The notes under the pieces were generated by a model. That model did no database searches. It saw nothing but the letters and a program-made list of their open reading frames with translations, and was not told the origin of the DNA. The position numbers and the translations under genes are program-made. From Solirubrobacterales bacterium (lineage in GTDB: Bacteria > Actinomycetota > Thermoleophilia > Solirubrobacterales > 70-9), in assembly GCA_035534175.1 (NCBI GenBank), contig DATLSM010000073.1, positions 338-64,337 on the forward strand: 64,000 nt of DNA. Reading direction: 5' to 3'. Positions 26,608-36,700 of the stretch are shown here, in pieces; within the stretch, counting starts at the first letter, position 1; each line of letters starts with the position of its first letter.

Positions 26608-27000
26608 TCAGCGCGCCATCGGATCCGGCTCGCCCAACTTGGTCACGTCGGGCGCCTCGTAGAGCTGGCCCGCGGTGCCACCGATGACCAGCATGCGGAT
26701 GCCCTCCTCGCCCGGCCAGACCTTGCGGGAAATACCAGGGCCGACCTTCGCCACGTGGTCGGGGTCGAGCTCGAAGCGCTCTCCCTCGATCTCGATCTCA
26801 CCCCCGCCGCGCAGAGTCGCGTAGACCTCCTCCTGTCCATCCTCGGAGTGGTCGTGCTGGGGGTAGTTCTCGTAGTTGGGCGGCAGGTCGATGATCTGCA
26901 TGCCGAACGATTCGACGCCGAGCTCGGCGCGAGCCCGCTTGAAGCCGCCGCCGAACACCGCCTCCATGTCGTCGATCCTCTTGACGGTGTGAGTGCTCAT
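26608..27000 (-). CDS. cupin domain protein
   Basis: ORF 26608-27000. It has FGMQIIDLPPNYENYPQHDHSEDGQEEVYATLRGGGEIEI, with the cupin His/Glu motif. Confidence 0.8.
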   Translation of the reverse strand: MSTHTVKRIDDMEAVFGGGFKRARAELGVESFGMQIIDLPPNYENYPQHDHSEDGQEEVYATLRGGGEIEIEGERFELDPDHVAKVGPGISRKVWPGEEGIRMLVIGGTAGQLYEAPDVTKLGEPDPMAR

Positions 27001-27042
27001 CCATCCCTCCTCCGGTGGTTGTCCATATCGGGTCGAGCGATC

Positions 27043-27441
27043 CTACGGCGCCATGTGCTGGACGCGCTCGGGCTCGACCTTTACGATCAGCCGCTGTTCG
27101 CCCGGCTGGCGCATCGGGTACTCCTCGACCCCCATGTAGCGCTTGGCCAGCGCGTCGATGTGCTCGTCGGCCCCATCGTGGGTCAGCTCCACCGCGCGGC
27201 CGCGGATCAGCAGACTCTCGTAGGGATTCTCCGGGTTGGTGATCGAGATCGCCACCCGCGGGTCGCGCCGCAGGTTCACCGGCTTCAGCCGGCCCTCGGC
27301 TGTGTTGAAGACGATCAGGCCGTCCTCGGAGTCGATCCACACCGGCGATACCTGGGGTGAGCCGTCCTCCATCACGGTCGCGACGTGGGCGAAGCTCTTG
27401 CCCCCCAACAGGTGCTGGGCGGTTGCGGGAATCTCTGCCAT
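27043..27441 (-). CDS. pyridoxamine 5-phosphate oxidase family (PPOX-class, possibly F420/FMN-binding) protein
   Basis: ORF 27043-27540 trimmed to ATG 27441, with GGAGG upstream. It reads SFAHVATVMEDGSPQVSPVWIDSEDGLIVFNTAEGRLKPVNLRRDPRVAISI. Confidence 0.8.
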   Translation of the reverse strand: MAEIPATAQHLLGGKSFAHVATVMEDGSPQVSPVWIDSEDGLIVFNTAEGRLKPVNLRRDPRVAISITNPENPYESLLIRGRAVELTHDGADEHIDALAKRYMGVEEYPMRQPGEQRLIVKVEPERVQHMAP

Positions 27442-27514
27442 CTGAACCTCCTGACGATTGTTGTTTTTGGCGCGTTGCACAGGTGACCATAGCTCCGTCC
27501 CTACACTCGCCCCG

Positions 27515-28507
27515 GTGGATCGTGAGCTACTCGACATCACCCTTGCCGACGCCGGGGAGCCCGGTTTCCGCGCCTCCCAGGTGTGGGAGTGGGTCGCCCG
27601 TGGGGCGCGCTCCTATGGGGAGATGACCAACCTGCCGGCGGCGCTGCGCCGGCGGCTGGCCAGCGAGGTCCCGCTCTCCACCCTGAGCGTCGAGGTCGAG
27701 GCCAAGTCCGAGGACGGCACGGTCAAGGCCCTCTTCAATACCGTCGACGGGCGGCCGATCGAGGCGGTGCTGATGCGCTACCGCGACGGGCGCCGTTCGG
27801 TCTGCCTCTCCTCCCAGTCGGGTTGCCCGCTGACCTGCACCTTCTGTGCCACCGGGAAGATGAGGTTCGGCCGCAACCTCAGTGCCGACGAGATCCTCGA
27901 CCAGGCGCTCCATTTCCGTCGCATGGAGGCGATCGACCACGTGGTCTTCATGGGGATGGGGGAGCCGGCGATGAACCTCGACGCCGTGCTCGCCGCCTGC
28001 GAGCGCTTGCCCGACATCGGCGTCACCCACCGGCGCACGGCGATCTCCACGGTGGGCTGGGTGCCGGGTATCGATCGTCTCGCCGGGTGCCCGATGCCGG
28101 TCGCCCTCGCGCTCTCTCTGCACGCCCCAAACGACGAGTTGCGCTCGCGGCTGATGCCGGTCAACGACCGCTATCCGCTGGCCGAGGTGCTCGCCGCCTG
28201 CGAGCGCTACCGCGCCAGCCGCCGGCGCCGGGTCTTCATCGAGTACGTGATGCTCGACGGCGTCAACGACCTCCCCGAGCACGCTCACCAACTCGCCGCC
28301 CTGCTCGACCCCAGGATCTACAAGCTGAACCTGATCCCCTACAACCCGACCGGGACCTATGACGGCTCCTCTCCCGAGCGGATCGAGCGCTTCCGCGCGA
28401 TCCTGGCCGCCAACAGTGGCCTCACCGCCACCCTCCGACTCACCCGGGGGCGCGACATCGACGCCGCCTGCGGTCAGCTCGCGGCCGGGGCCAGCTCCGC
28501 CGCCTAG
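27515..28507 (+). CDS. rlmN: 23S rRNA (adenine2503-C2)-methyltransferase RlmN (radical SAM)
   Basis: ORF 27458-28507. The start is uncertain: TTG 27458 or GTG 27515. It has FRASQVWEWV, the radical-SAM motif CPLTCTFCATG, and GMGEP. Confidence 0.85.
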   Translation: MDRELLDITLADAGEPGFRASQVWEWVARGARSYGEMTNLPAALRRRLASEVPLSTLSVEVEAKSEDGTVKALFNTVDGRPIEAVLMRYRDGRRSVCLSSQSGCPLTCTFCATGKMRFGRNLSADEILDQALHFRRMEAIDHVVFMGMGEPAMNLDAVLAACERLPDIGVTHRRTAISTVGWVPGIDRLAGCPMPVALALSLHAPNDELRSRLMPVNDRYPLAEVLAACERYRASRRRRVFIEYVMLDGVNDLPEHAHQLAALLDPRIYKLNLIPYNPTGTYDGSSPERIERFRAILAANSGLTATLRLTRGRDIDAACGQLAAGASSAA

Positions 28508-28564
28508 CCGCCGAGACGTGGGCGCGCCGACCGTTTGGCTGCTCAGCCAACTAGCATCCCGGCA

Positions 28565-30022
28565 ATGCCCGCCGAGACCGCGATCTCCGTCCCGCGCCCA
28601 CCCCGGCGCTCGGCCAACCCGTTCAGCCGGTTGGCCAGCGATGCGCTCTCCGAATGGCGCTGCCGTGGCCGGTTTCCTCCCGGCCCGAATGACTTCAGCA
28701 TCTCCCGCACACGAAAGATCGTCCACGATCCCCTGCCGATTCTCCTCTCCGCCTACGAGGAGTACGGGCCGATCTTCAGCCTGCGAGTCCTGCACCTGCG
28801 CAGCGTCTTCATGCTCGGGCCCGAGGCCAACCACTTCGTCACCGTTTCCCACCCGGAGAACTTCCACTGGCGCGAGGGCAGCTTCGGCGACCTGATCCCG
28901 CTGCTCGGCGACGGCCTGCTGACGATCGACGAGGGCTACCACGACCGTGCCCGAGCGATCATGCTGCCGGCGTTTCACCGCGAGCAGGTGACGGCGATGC
29001 TGGAGTCGATGGGCGCCGAAGCCGAGGCGGCGATCTCGGGCCTTCGGCTGGGGGAGGTCATCGACCTCTACGCCTGGATGCGCAACCTGGCGATGCGGAT
29101 CGCGATGCGCTCCCTGCTGGGTCTCGACCCCGACGGCGCCGGCAAGGGCGCTGCGGCGGCGGAGCACTTTGAGCGGGCCCTCAACTTCTATGGGATCGAC
29201 TTCGCCCTACGGTTCCTGCGCGGCCCGGGCACGCCCTGGCGGGGGATGCTCGCCTCACGCGCCGTCCTCGACGAAATCGTCTTCGGCGAGATCACCCGCC
29301 GGCGCGCCGCGCCGGACCCGAGCAGCCGCGACATCCTCAGCCTCCTGCTCGCCGCTCGCGGCGAGGGGGAGGAGGCATTCACCGACCGCGAGGTTCGCGA
29401 TCAGGTGATGACCCTGATGTTTGCCGGCCACGACACCTCCACCTCGACCCTTACCTTCATGATGTATGAGCTCGCCCGTCACCCCGAGGTGCTCGCCCGC
29501 CTCTGCCAGGAGCAGGACCGGGTGCTCGGCGCCGCCGCTCCCACGGCGGAGGTCCTGGAGCGGGAGATGCCCTACCTCGACATGGTCCTGGACGAGGTGT
29601 TGCGCCTCTACCCGCCGGCCTGGATCGGCCCGCGCCGCGCGGTCCGCGATTTTGAGTTCGGCGGTTATACGGTTCCCCGGGGCGCCTACATCAGCTACTG
29701 CTCCTGGGCCAGCCACCGCATCCCGGAGGTCTTCCCCGATCCCGAGGCATTCATCCCCGAGCGCTTCACCCGCGAGCGCAAGGCGGCGCTGCCGCGGGGC
29801 GCCTACGTTCCCTTCGGCGGCGGCCGGCGAATCTGCATCGGCAAACGCTTCGGCCAGACCGAGGTGAAGCTGGTGGCGACCATGTTGCTCCAGCGCCTGC
29901 GCCTCGACGCGCTCCCCGGCCGCACGATGACCGTTCGCCAGATGCCCACCCTCTCGCCGCTGGGCGGTTTGAAGATGCGGGTTGGCGAGCGGGGGGCCCC
30001 GGCGGGGATTCCGCTGGCCTGA
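28565..30022 (+). CDS. cytochrome P450
   Basis: ORF 28535-30022. It has the I-helix motif FAGHDTS, the ExxR motif EVLRLYPP and the heme loop FGGGRRICIGKRFG. Confidence 0.9.
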   Translation: MPAETAISVPRPPRRSANPFSRLASDALSEWRCRGRFPPGPNDFSISRTRKIVHDPLPILLSAYEEYGPIFSLRVLHLRSVFMLGPEANHFVTVSHPENFHWREGSFGDLIPLLGDGLLTIDEGYHDRARAIMLPAFHREQVTAMLESMGAEAEAAISGLRLGEVIDLYAWMRNLAMRIAMRSLLGLDPDGAGKGAAAAEHFERALNFYGIDFALRFLRGPGTPWRGMLASRAVLDEIVFGEITRRRAAPDPSSRDILSLLLAARGEGEEAFTDREVRDQVMTLMFAGHDTSTSTLTFMMYELARHPEVLARLCQEQDRVLGAAAPTAEVLEREMPYLDMVLDEVLRLYPPAWIGPRRAVRDFEFGGYTVPRGAYISYCSWASHRIPEVFPDPEAFIPERFTRERKAALPRGAYVPFGGGRRICIGKRFGQTEVKLVATMLLQRLRLDALPGRTMTVRQMPTLSPLGGLKMRVGERGAPAGIPLA

Positions 30023-30047
30023 ATTTAGACCCTATCCTGGTTGGGTG

Positions 30048-30227
30048 ATGGTGCTTGCGACCCTTGTGGCACTGCCGTCGGCGCTCGAGGCCTGGCCAGC
30101 CGTGGTCGGCGCCGGCCTGATCCCGGTCGTCGGCATGGTCGCCGTCGGCTACCTGATCATCCACGCCGTGCGCGACCACGACGAGGAGGAAGACGATGAG
30201 CCGGCACCACCCCCTCCCGCTACTTGA
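30048..30227 (+). CDS. hypothetical small membrane protein
   Basis: ORF 29982-30227 trimmed to ATG 30048. It has two hydrophobic stretches and an acidic/Pro tail. Support is weak. Confidence 0.3.
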   Translation: MVLATLVALPSALEAWPAVVGAGLIPVVGMVAVGYLIIHAVRDHDEEEDDEPAPPPPAT

Positions 30228-32367
30228 TGAAGAGCATCTCCTCGTACTTCGGCAGCGGCCAGAGGTCGTCGGCGACCAGCCGCTCCAGCTGATCGGCGGC
30301 GTCGCGCACCGTGGCCATCGCCTCGATCTGCTCGTCGCGGGCGTGGAGCGCCAGGTCCATTCCCTCTAGGTCCGCGGGATAGGCGTTTGCCTGCTTCAGC
30401 CCGCCGAGCGCTGCGACCAGCTCGTCGAGAAGCTCGCGCGTCTCGCCCTCCAGGGCCGAGACGCCGGCCTCCCCGATCAGCGCCAGGTGGCGCAGCGCCG
30501 CCGGCAGGATCATCGTCTGGGCGATGGAGAAGGTCTCCTCCGCCTCGATGTTGGCCCGGAGCGCGTACTGCTCGATCCAGACCTCGTAGCGGGACTCCAG
30601 CTCTCGCCTGGAGAGGACGCCGTAGTTTTCGAAGGCGGCGATCGTCTGCTCGCTGATCACCTCGGGAAGCGCGTCGGGCGTCGTGCGCAGGTTTTTCAAC
30701 CCCCGCCGCTCGGCCTCCGCGTGCCACTCATCTGAGTAGTTGTCGCCGCCGAAGCAGACCCCTTTGTTGGCCGTGTACGCGTCTTTGACGATCTCGATCA
30801 CCGCCTCGGGCATGTCCTGCCCAGCGGAGAGCTTGCCCTCCAGCCCGCCGCCTAGCTCGTCGATCGCCTCGGCGACGATCGTGTTCAGGACCGTGTTGGG
30901 GAAGGCGAGCGACATGCTCGAACCGAGTGCCCGGAACTCGAATTTGTTGCCGGTGAAGGCGAACGGGGAGGTCCGGTTGCGATCGCCGCCGTGCATCGGT
31001 AGCGCCGGGAGTACCGTCGCACCCAGCTCGAGGAAGGAGGCCGGCGTGTTGGGATCGCCTTCGCCGGTGGCGATCGCCTCGAAGACTTTCTCCAGCTCGC
31101 CGCCGAGGAAGATCGAGATGATCGCCGGTGGCGCCTCGTTCGCGCCGAGACGGTGATCCTGGCCGATGTTGGCGACCGAGGCGCGCAGCAGGCCCTGGTG
31201 CTTGTTCACGGCCTGGATCACCGCCGCGCAGAAGAAGAGGAAGTGGATGTTCTCAGCCGGGGTGTCGCCCGGATCGAGCAGATTGGTACCGGTATCGGTT
31301 CCCATCGACCAGTTGTTGTGCTTGCCCGAGCCGTTTACGCCGGCGAAGGGCTTCTCGTGCAGCAGGCACACCAGGCCATAGCGGCGCGCCACGTTTTCCA
31401 GGGTCCGCATCAGCAGCTGCTGATGGTCTGAGCCGACGTTGGAGTTCTCGAACACCGGCGCGATCTCATACTGCGCCGGCGCCACCTCGTTGTGGCGGGT
31501 CTTGACCGGGATGCCGAGCTTGCGCAGCTCCAGCTCGGTCTCCATCATGCAGGCCAGCACGCGCTCGGGAATCGAGCCGAAGTAGTGGTCGTCTAACTCG
31601 TGGCCCTTCGGCGGCTTGGCGCCGAACAGCGTGCGCCCGGTGGAGATCAGGTCCGGCCGCTCAAAGAAGTACTGCTCGTCGATCAGGAAGTACTCCTGCT
31701 CGGGGCCAACTGTGGTGAAGACGCTTTGAGAATCCTCGTCGCCGAGCAGGCGAAGGGCCTTGATCGCCGAGCGCGAGAGCGCGTCCATCGATCGCAGCAG
31801 CGGGATCTTGGCGTCCAGCGCCTCGCCGGTCCAGGAGGCGAAGGCGGTTGGGATGCAGAGCAGCGCCCCGTTGGGATTCTCGAGGATGAAGGCCGGGCTG
31901 GTCGGGTCCCAGGCGGTGTAGCCGCGGGCCTCGAAGGTGGCGCGCACCCCGCCGGTGGGGAAGGAGGAGGCGTCGGGCTCGCCCTGGATCAGCTCCTTGC
32001 CGGAGAAGCCGGCCAGGGCCCGGCCCTCGGCGCCGGGCTCGAAGAAGGAGTCGTGCTTCTCCGCGGTGGAGCCGGTGAGCGGCTGGAACATATGGGTGTA
32101 GTGGGTGGCGCCGTTCTCCAGCGCCCACTGCTTCATCTCCTCGGCGACGGAGTCGGCCAGTGCTGGGTCCAGCGCCTCGCCTCCGGCCAGCGTTGCCTGC
32201 AGCTTGGCGAATACGTCTGCCCCCAAGCGGTCGCGCTGCACCGAGAGGGAGAAGACGTTGATGCCGAAGGGGTCGTTCTCGGGCTGGGTCAGGTCGAGCG
32301 CGCCGAGGGCCTCCCCGTTGGAGCTCCACTGTGCTGCGGTTAGGTTCTGCTGGCGGATACGAGTCAT
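30220..32367 (-). CDS. glnN: glutamine synthetase type III
   Basis: ORF 30220-32385 trimmed to ATG 32367. It is about 715 aa. It reads [15 protein letters not shown]...[23 protein letters not shown]...[16 protein letters not shown]. Confidence 0.9.
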   Translation of the reverse strand: MTRIRQQNLTAAQWSSNGEALGALDLTQPENDPFGINVFSLSVQRDRLGADVFAKLQATLAGGEALDPALADSVAEEMKQWALENGATHYTHMFQPLTGSTAEKHDSFFEPGAEGRALAGFSGKELIQGEPDASSFPTGGVRATFEARGYTAWDPTSPAFILENPNGALLCIPTAFASWTGEALDAKIPLLRSMDALSRSAIKALRLLGDEDSQSVFTTVGPEQEYFLIDEQYFFERPDLISTGRTLFGAKPPKGHELDDHYFGSIPERVLACMMETELELRKLGIPVKTRHNEVAPAQYEIAPVFENSNVGSDHQQLLMRTLENVARRYGLVCLLHEKPFAGVNGSGKHNNWSMGTDTGTNLLDPGDTPAENIHFLFFCAAVIQAVNKHQGLLRASVANIGQDHRLGANEAPPAIISIFLGGELEKVFEAIATGEGDPNTPASFLELGATVLPALPMHGGDRNRTSPFAFTGNKFEFRALGSSMSLAFPNTVLNTIVAEAIDELGGGLEGKLSAGQDMPEAVIEIVKDAYTANKGVCFGGDNYSDEWHAEAERRGLKNLRTTPDALPEVISEQTIAAFENYGVLSRRELESRYEVWIEQYALRANIEAEETFSIAQTMILPAALRHLALIGEAGVSALEGETRELLDELVAALGGLKQANAYPADLEGMDLALHARDEQIEAMATVRDAADQLERLVADDLWPLPKYEEMLFIK

Positions 32368-32611
32368 CGCTTGGCTGGTCCTCACTTGGCGGCGCGCCCG
32401 CGGTTGGGTCGCGTTCGTTTACCGGTCTCACTTCCCGTACGAAGAGCCAGCGCAGCCTAATGGCCGGGCGATGAGGGGGGCTTGTACGCGGGTACAACGT
32501 TCGGAGGGGCGCCTTGTCCCGGGTGGCGGCCGGCGCTTTACCGATAGCCTGCGGCCTCCCGCGGCCTTGGCGCCGCATTTCCCAGCCAGAATCCCGGAGG
32601 ACTGACGCGCA

Positions 32612-34612
32612 ATGTTCGTTTCCAAGGCCGCCGTCGTCGGCGGCGGCACAATGGGCGGTGAGATCGCCCAGGCGATCGCCGCCTCCGACATCCCCGTCGT
32701 GGTCAAGGACATCGAGAGGAAGTTCGTCGATGCCGCGGTCGAGAAGGCGCGCGCCGTCACCGAGGGCCAGCTGGCCCGCCTGGTCAAGAAGGAGAAGCTG
32801 ACCCAGGAGCAGGCCGACGCCCGGCTGGCCGAGGTGATGGGGCTGATCAGCGCGACCACGACATACGAGGAGTTCGGCGATGTGGACTTCGTCGTGGAGG
32901 CGGTACCGGAGCGGATGGAGATCAAGCAGGCCGTCTTCCGCGAGCTCGACGCGGCGACCCCCGGTCACGCGATCCTCGCCTCCAACACCTCCTCGCTTTC
33001 GATCACCGAGATGGGTGAGACCACGCTGCGCCCGGACAAGGTGGTCGGCTTCCACTTCTTCTACCCGGCCTCGGTGATGCCGCTGGTGGAGGTGGTCGTG
33101 GGTGAGGACACCGCGCCAGAGACCGCCACCGCCGCCTACAACTTCGCCCAGGCGATCAAAAAGCAGCCGATCGTCTGCGGCGAGGTCCCCGGCTTCGTCG
33201 TCAACCGCATCCTGATGGCGACGATCGGCGAGGTCTGGCGCGCACAGGAGGAGCAGGGGCTCTCACTCAAGGCGATCGACGAGACGATCGCCGCCGCCCA
33301 GGTCGCGCCGATGGGCCCCTTCTTCCTCACCGACCTGCTCGGGCTGGACACAGTCCTGCACGTTGCCGAGCATCTGAGCGAGTCCTACGGGGAGACCTTC
33401 TACGTCCACCAGGGGCTGAAGCAGCTGGTCGCCGAGGGCAAGCTCGGGGCCAAGAGCGGCGGCGAGGGGTTCTTCGCCGGCGGCGAGCAGACGATCGGCG
33501 GCGACGCGGCCCCGGACGCCGAGGAGCTGGTCGCGCTGTTCACCAGCCGAGCGCTGATCGAGGCCTGCCGGCTGGTCGAGGAGGGTGTCTGCTCGGTGCG
33601 CGATATCGACGTCGGGATGATGGCCGGCGCCGGGCTGGATCCCCGCCGCGGCCTTCTGCCTCCGTTCTGGAAAGCCGACGTCGAAGGGCTGGACAAGGTG
33701 CTGGAGCGTATCGAGGGGCTGGAGGAGAAGTTCGGCGAGCGCTTCGCCGCCCCGCTTCTCCTCCGGCGCCTGGTTGCCCAGGGGCGCACCGGGATGGGGT
33801 CGGGCCAGGGCTTCTACCCCTATCCACAGGCCGACGAGGGCGAGCAGGCGGAGACGGTGAAGCTTGAGACCCGCGGTGAGGTTGCCATCGCCTGGCTCGC
33901 CAACGCGCCGATGAACGCCGTCTCGCCCGAGGTGATCCGTGATCTGAAGGCGGTCTGGGAGAGGGTCAAGGACTCGGGCGAGGTCGGCGCGATGCTGATC
34001 GCCTCCTCGGTTCCGATCGTCTTCTCCGCCGGCGCGGACATCAAGGCCTTCACCCGGATGGACGAGGCGACGGGCGCGGAGATGGTCGACACAGCCCACG
34101 CCCTGCTGCGCGATTTCGGGCAGGCGCGGGTGGTCACGATCGCCGCCGTAAACGCGCTGGCCTTCGGCGGCGGCTGCGAGCTGGCGATGGCATGCGACGT
34201 GCGGCTCGCCGCCGAGTCGGCGGTTTTCGGACAGCCGGAGGTGAAGCTGGGAATCATCCCCGGCTTCGGCGGCACCCAACGGCTGCCGCGACTGGTCGGG
34301 GCGAATAAAGCGCTGGAGATGAACCTGATCGGCGATGCGATCCCCTCCGATGAGGCGCTGGAGTTCGGCCTCGTGAATCGCGTCGTCGCGGACCACGAGT
34401 TGTTCGAGGTGGCGCTGATGTGGGGCCGAAAGCTCGCTGCTCAAGCGCCGATCGCGGTCGAGCAGATCAAGCTGGTCTCACATCGGGGCGACCTGGACGA
34501 GGGAATCGAGGACGAGAAGCGAGGCTTCGCCACCGCCTTTGGCAGCGCGGATGCCAGGGAGGGGATCGCCGCCTTCCTCGGCAAGCGCGCCCCGAGGTGG
34601 AGCGGCAACTAG
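32612..34612 (+). CDS. fused 3-hydroxyacyl-CoA dehydrogenase / enoyl-CoA hydratase (dehydrogenase N-terminal, hydratase C-terminal)
   Basis: ORF 32612-34612. It has the Rossmann motif VVGGGTMGGEIA. The C-terminal crotonase domain shows VPIVFSAGADIKAF and FGGGCELAMACD. Confidence 0.9.
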   Translation: MFVSKAAVVGGGTMGGEIAQAIAASDIPVVVKDIERKFVDAAVEKARAVTEGQLARLVKKEKLTQEQADARLAEVMGLISATTTYEEFGDVDFVVEAVPERMEIKQAVFRELDAATPGHAILASNTSSLSITEMGETTLRPDKVVGFHFFYPASVMPLVEVVVGEDTAPETATAAYNFAQAIKKQPIVCGEVPGFVVNRILMATIGEVWRAQEEQGLSLKAIDETIAAAQVAPMGPFFLTDLLGLDTVLHVAEHLSESYGETFYVHQGLKQLVAEGKLGAKSGGEGFFAGGEQTIGGDAAPDAEELVALFTSRALIEACRLVEEGVCSVRDIDVGMMAGAGLDPRRGLLPPFWKADVEGLDKVLERIEGLEEKFGERFAAPLLLRRLVAQGRTGMGSGQGFYPYPQADEGEQAETVKLETRGEVAIAWLANAPMNAVSPEVIRDLKAVWERVKDSGEVGAMLIASSVPIVFSAGADIKAFTRMDEATGAEMVDTAHALLRDFGQARVVTIAAVNALAFGGGCELAMACDVRLAAESAVFGQPEVKLGIIPGFGGTQRLPRLVGANKALEMNLIGDAIPSDEALEFGLVNRVVADHELFEVALMWGRKLAAQAPIAVEQIKLVSHRGDLDEGIEDEKRGFATAFGSADAREGIAAFLGKRAPRWSGN

Positions 34613-34653
34613 GACGCAAGGTCGAGCGGGGGATTGGCGCAGCTGAGGCCCGC

Positions 34654-34968
34654 TCAGCCGATTCCGTAGCGCCGGCAGCTTTCCTCAATCGCCAGCGACC
34701 CCGGGTCACCGAGGCCGGCATGTCTGAGGCACAGGCTCCTGGCCCGCTCGCCGCAGGCTTCGACCGAACCCCCGCCCATGATGCCGGGGACGATCGCCGA
34801 GAGGCAGCCGCGCGAGGGCGGCGGCCTGGTATTTCCCGCCGTCAGCGCGATCAGCGCGATCAGCGTCAGGGCCGTGATCGTGACTGCCGCCAGTGCCACG
34901 TTGCGCTCCCGCGGGGTGAGCCGTCGCAGCGGCGTGTTGACCCGCTGCCAGTGTCCCTCCATCGGCAT
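34654..34968 (-). CDS. hypothetical membrane-anchored Cys-containing protein
   Basis: ORF 34654-34968 with high GC3. It has one TM segment, VALAAVTITALTLIALIALTA. I do not recognise a family. Confidence 0.4.
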   Translation of the reverse strand: MPMEGHWQRVNTPLRRLTPRERNVALAAVTITALTLIALIALTAGNTRPPPSRGCLSAIVPGIMGGGSVEACGERARSLCLRHAGLGDPGSLAIEESCRRYGIG

Positions 34969-35217
34969 CGCGGCGCAGGTTAGCGACTCGCGCTGGCTCG
35001 GATGGACAGCTGGCGGCCCGAGCGTGGGGGAGAGGCTGGCCGGCCCCGGCGCGGTTAGACAATTGTGCGAATCACTCGCCCCGATCTTTAGACGCCTGTA
35101 CGTAGTGGGCGATCGCAGGCCACGGCAGGGTTAGGGAATCTCGCCGGGCACCGATGTCCGGTGGGGGCGTTCAATGCATTCCGCGGTTCCCTCCATGAGA
35201 AAGGAAGCAGTGGATCG

Positions 35218-36591
35218 ATGAATTGGCTTGACACGGGAGACAACTCCTGGCAGATGACTGCGGCGACCCTGGTCGGCCTGATGAGCGTCCCGGGTCTTGT
35301 CGTTCTCTACGGCGGCGTGATGCAGAAGCGCTGGTCGGTGAACTCGATGATGATGGCCTTCATGGCGTTCGCCCTGGTGCTGATCGTCTGGGTGCTGTTT
35401 GCCTTCAAGATGGGCTTCGGGGCGCCGATGCACATCTTTGGCGCAAGCGGCAAAAGCTTCTTCGCCAACCTGTGGGGCAAGCCCGGCTCGATCCTGAGCA
35501 GCCAGGCGCTTCTCGGACAGGGGAAGATCCCGCTGCTGGGCGAAGCGGGCGAACTGCACTTCCCGACCTCGACCCTGGCCTACTTCCAGTTCGTTTTCGC
35601 GGCGATCACGCCGATCCTCTTCCTCGGCTCGGTGCTGGGCAGAATCAACTTCAAGGCCTGGATCCCCTTTGTCCTGATCTGGTCGAGCGTCGTCTACACG
35701 GTCAACGCCTTCCTGATCTGGGGCGGCGGCTACTTTGCTCAACACGGTGCGCTTGACTTCTCCGGCGGCTACGTGATCCATCTGGCCGCCGGCGTCTCCG
35801 GCTTCGTCGCGGCCTGGGTGATCGGGCCGCGCCTGCAGCGCGATCGCGAGGTCGACGCTCCGAACAACCTGGCGATGGTCGCGGTCGGAGCCGGTCTGCT
35901 CTGGCTGGGATGGAACGGCTTCAACGGCGGGGACCCCTATCTCGCCAGCCCGGATGCCTCGGCGGCCGTTCTCAACACGAATCTCTGTACCGCGGTGGCC
36001 TTCCTCGTCTGGGTTGCCTGGGACTATGCGACGGGGCGCAAGCCCAGCCTGATCGGCAGCGTCAACGGGATGATCGTCGGCCTCGTGGCGATCACCCCGT
36101 CGGCCGGTTTCGTCAACGGCTGGGGGGCGATCATCATCGGCGTGATCGGAGCGACGATCGTCTACTTCGCGCTCAACTACCTGAGCCGGATGCGGCCCTT
36201 CCGCAACGTAGACGACACCCTCGGCGTCGTCTACACCCACGGTTTCGCCGGCCTGACGGGTGGTCTGCTCGTGGGCATATTCGCCAACAAGGCGATGGAC
36301 AGCGAATTCATCCTCAACGGCCTGATATCTGGCGGCGGCCTCAATCTGCTCAAGTGGCAGGTTCTGACAGGGCTCTGGGTGATCGTGTTCTGCGCTGTCG
36401 CCACCTACATCATCCTCAAGCTGATCAGCCTGTTCGTGCCGCTGCGGATGACCGACCAGGAAATGGAGGAAGGCGACGTCGCTGTCCACGGGCACGAGGT
36501 GTACCCCTCCGACGTTCCCTCGCTCGGCTACCCGGATGGCGTCCCGGCGCCAGCTCCCGCCGGCCCGGCTCCGGCGGCGGGCAGCGCATAG
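35218..36591 (+). CDS. amt: ammonium transporter
   Basis: ORF 35161-36591 trimmed to ATG 35218 (MNWLDTGDNSWQMTAATLVGLMSVPGLVVLYGG). An RBS, GAAAGGAAG, lies upstream. Confidence 0.9.
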   Translation: MNWLDTGDNSWQMTAATLVGLMSVPGLVVLYGGVMQKRWSVNSMMMAFMAFALVLIVWVLFAFKMGFGAPMHIFGASGKSFFANLWGKPGSILSSQALLGQGKIPLLGEAGELHFPTSTLAYFQFVFAAITPILFLGSVLGRINFKAWIPFVLIWSSVVYTVNAFLIWGGGYFAQHGALDFSGGYVIHLAAGVSGFVAAWVIGPRLQRDREVDAPNNLAMVAVGAGLLWLGWNGFNGGDPYLASPDASAAVLNTNLCTAVAFLVWVAWDYATGRKPSLIGSVNGMIVGLVAITPSAGFVNGWGAIIIGVIGATIVYFALNYLSRMRPFRNVDDTLGVVYTHGFAGLTGGLLVGIFANKAMDSEFILNGLISGGGLNLLKWQVLTGLWVIVFCAVATYIILKLISLFVPLRMTDQEMEEGDVAVHGHEVYPSDVPSLGYPDGVPAPAPAGPAPAAGSA

Positions 36592-36597
36592 GGCGAA

Positions 36598-36673
36598 GGC
36601 CAGCGGCGTGGAGGCCGCTGGCCGCCCTTTGGTCCCGCAGAACCGCCCCCGCCGAACGGCGGGGGCGGTTCTG
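36598..36673. terminator. two strong hairpins between convergent amt and lysR-type genes
   Basis: The first is GGCCAGCGGC-gtggag-GCCGCTGGCC (36598-36623). The second is a perfect 16-bp stem, CAGAACCGCCCCCGCC-gaac-GGCGGGGGCGGTTCTG (36638-36673). Confidence 0.6.
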
Positions 36674-36700
36674 TCACGGGGAGGGCCGCTGGGCGCCGGC

